Both the position numbers and the translations under genes were made by a program. From positions 1 through 21,485 of the forward strand of contig JAHIMK010000018.1 in NCBI GenBank assembly GCA_018896675.1: DNA of 21,485 nucleotides. Direction: 5' to 3'. This stretch comes from Nanobdellota archaeon (GTDB taxonomy: Archaea; Nanobdellota; Nanobdellia; SCGC-AAA011-G17; GW2011-AR17). Below, piece after piece: positions 20,361-21,485 of this stretch (position 1 is its first letter; every line of letters begins with the position of its first letter). The notes beneath the pieces were generated by a model. That model did not search any database, had not been told where the DNA came from, and worked only from the letters and a program-made list of their open reading frames with translations.

Positions 20361-21485
20361 ATTTTAAAGACATATAAGTTTAGGCTGTATCCATCTAAGG
20401 AGCAAGATAAAAAATTACATTATGCATTAGCTCTTGCCCGTTTTGCATACAATGAACAGCTCAACTTGAAGATTCAATCTTACAAAGAAGATGGTAAGAG
20501 CCTTACTAATTTTGACCTTAATAATTGCCTTTTATCTCTTAAAGCAAAGTATCCTGAGCTTAAGAAAATTCATTCTCAAATTCTGCAAGATGTGAGCAAG
20601 AGAGTCTCTTTAGCATTTCAGCATTTCTTTCGCAGAGTTAAGAGTAAAGAAAAACCTGGTTTTCCAAGATTTAAATGTAAGAATCGTTATCATTCACTAA
20701 CTTTTCCCCAATCAGGATTTTGTTTAGATGAAAAGCTGACTATATCCAAGATAGGGGAGATTTCTATAGTCAAACACAGGCATGTCAAAGGTAAGATAAA
20801 GACAATGACCATCAAGAAATCAAGCAGTAATAAATGGCATGCTTATTTCTGTGTTGAATATGAACCTCAAAAGAAAGTTAAAGTAAACTTTAATGTCTTA
20901 GGTATTGATTTAGGGCTGCATCATTTTTATGCAGACAGCGATGGCAATATAGTAAATAATCCCCGGTACTTAAGAAATTCTGAAGAGAAATTATCGCATT
21001 TGCAAAAATTTCATTCAAGGAAAAAGAAAGGAAGCCGAAACAAGCAGAGATTAAGGCTTAAAGTTGCCCTGCTTTATGAAAAAATATTAAACCAGAGGAA
21101 TGATTTTCTGCATAAGCAAACAAGAATGTTAGCTAACTTGTATTCCATCATAGCTGTAGAAAAACTTTCAATAAAAAATATGATACATAATAAATATTTA
21201 TCAAAGTCCATAAGCGATGCAGGCTGGTATAAATTCCTGCAGATTCTTGCCTACAAAGTGGAAGAGACTGGAGGCAAGATACTGGAAGTTAGTGCCAGAG
21301 GGACATCGCAATATTGTATTTGTGGGAATAAGGCGAAAAAAACTTTGGCTGTAAGAGTCCACAAATGCGATAAATGTGGTATTGAGATAGACAGAGATAT
21401 TATGTCTGCAATAATAATTAAGTTTACCGCCTTAAACGGCGCTACCGCAGGAAGTGCGGTAAGTAACGCTTTGGGAGATGAAAGG
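20361..21485 (+). CDS. tnpB: TnpB (IS200/IS605-family OrfB, RNA-guided RuvC nuclease), 3'-partial, not in the ORF track
   Basis: The frame is open from 20355 to the window edge (375 codons from 20361). N-terminal KTYKFRLYPSKEQ. RuvC-I GIDLGL, RuvC-II IAVEKLS, zinc finger CICGNK..(x10)..CDKCG, RuvC-III IDRDIMSA. There is no ATG. AGGTGA (20349-20354) lies 6 nt before ATT 20361. TATA at 20319-20326. Confidence 0.85.
   Translation, partial: MLKTYKFRLYPSKEQDKKLHYALALARFAYNEQLNLKIQSYKEDGKSLTNFDLNNCLLSLKAKYPELKKIHSQILQDVSKRVSLAFQHFFRRVKSKEKPGFPRFKCKNRYHSLTFPQSGFCLDEKLTISKIGEISIVKHRHVKGKIKTMTIKKSSSNKWHAYFCVEYEPQKKVKVNFNVLGIDLGLHHFYADSDGNIVNNPRYLRNSEEKLSHLQKFHSRKKKGSRNKQRLRLKVALLYEKILNQRNDFLHKQTRMLANLYSIIAVEKLSIKNMIHNKYLSKSISDAGWYKFLQILAYKVEETGGKILEVSARGTSQYCICGNKAKKTLAVRVHKCDKCGIEIDRDIMSAIIIKFTALNGATAGSAVSNALGDER

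Noticed and set aside
1-21485. Looked for CRISPR arrays, rRNA genes, long tandem repeats, reverse transcriptase/DGR-type template-variable repeat pairs, and cas or restriction-modification genes.
   Set aside because: None were found. There are no regularly spaced 25-40-nt repeats, no rRNA-like conserved blocks, and no RT, Cas or methylase-restriction motifs in any of the long ORFs.

Overview
AT-rich archaeal chromosomal segment. All family calls come from motif recognition in the translations; no database search was possible. The informational genes are clearly archaeal: PriS primase, LSm, ribosomal proteins L37e, S27e and L44e, aIF2-alpha, Nop10, a GINS51-like subunit, and class-III-signal pilins. 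Several proteins are small or truncated, internal operon genes have strong AGGAGG/AGGTGA Shine-Dalgarno sites, and TTTATAAA TATA boxes sit about 30 nt upstream of apparently leaderless first genes. Together these suggest a reduced-genome, DPANN-like archaeon (inference). The window holds about 35 credible CDS and two tRNAs, Leu-UAG and Gly-GCC. Two features were missed by the ORF track: Nop10 (56 aa) and a TnpB gene that has no ATG start and runs off the 3' edge. Main results of the hunt: (1) A tightly coupled four-gene cassette (5010-7443) contains a radical SAM enzyme, two tandem paralogous ~180-aa proteins and a 161-aa protein, none of the last three assignable to a family, next to a divergent wHTH gene. 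This is the best candidate for an undescribed system. (2) Two independent cases where a housekeeping gene (iscS; a NOL1/NOP2/Sun RNA methyltransferase) is followed by a small cargo insert and then a diverged relic copy of its own last ~18-23 codons. This is an attL/attR-like architecture with the same polarity in both cases. (3) A secreted protein with a textbook bacterial outer-membrane beta-barrel C-terminal signal in an archaeal context. (4) An internally deleted IS481-like element with TIRs and a 15-bp target duplication. (5) An apparently intact IS605-family TnpB with a candidate left-end hairpin. (6) An unexplained ~60% G+C island at the 5' edge. No CRISPR array or rRNA gene was seen.
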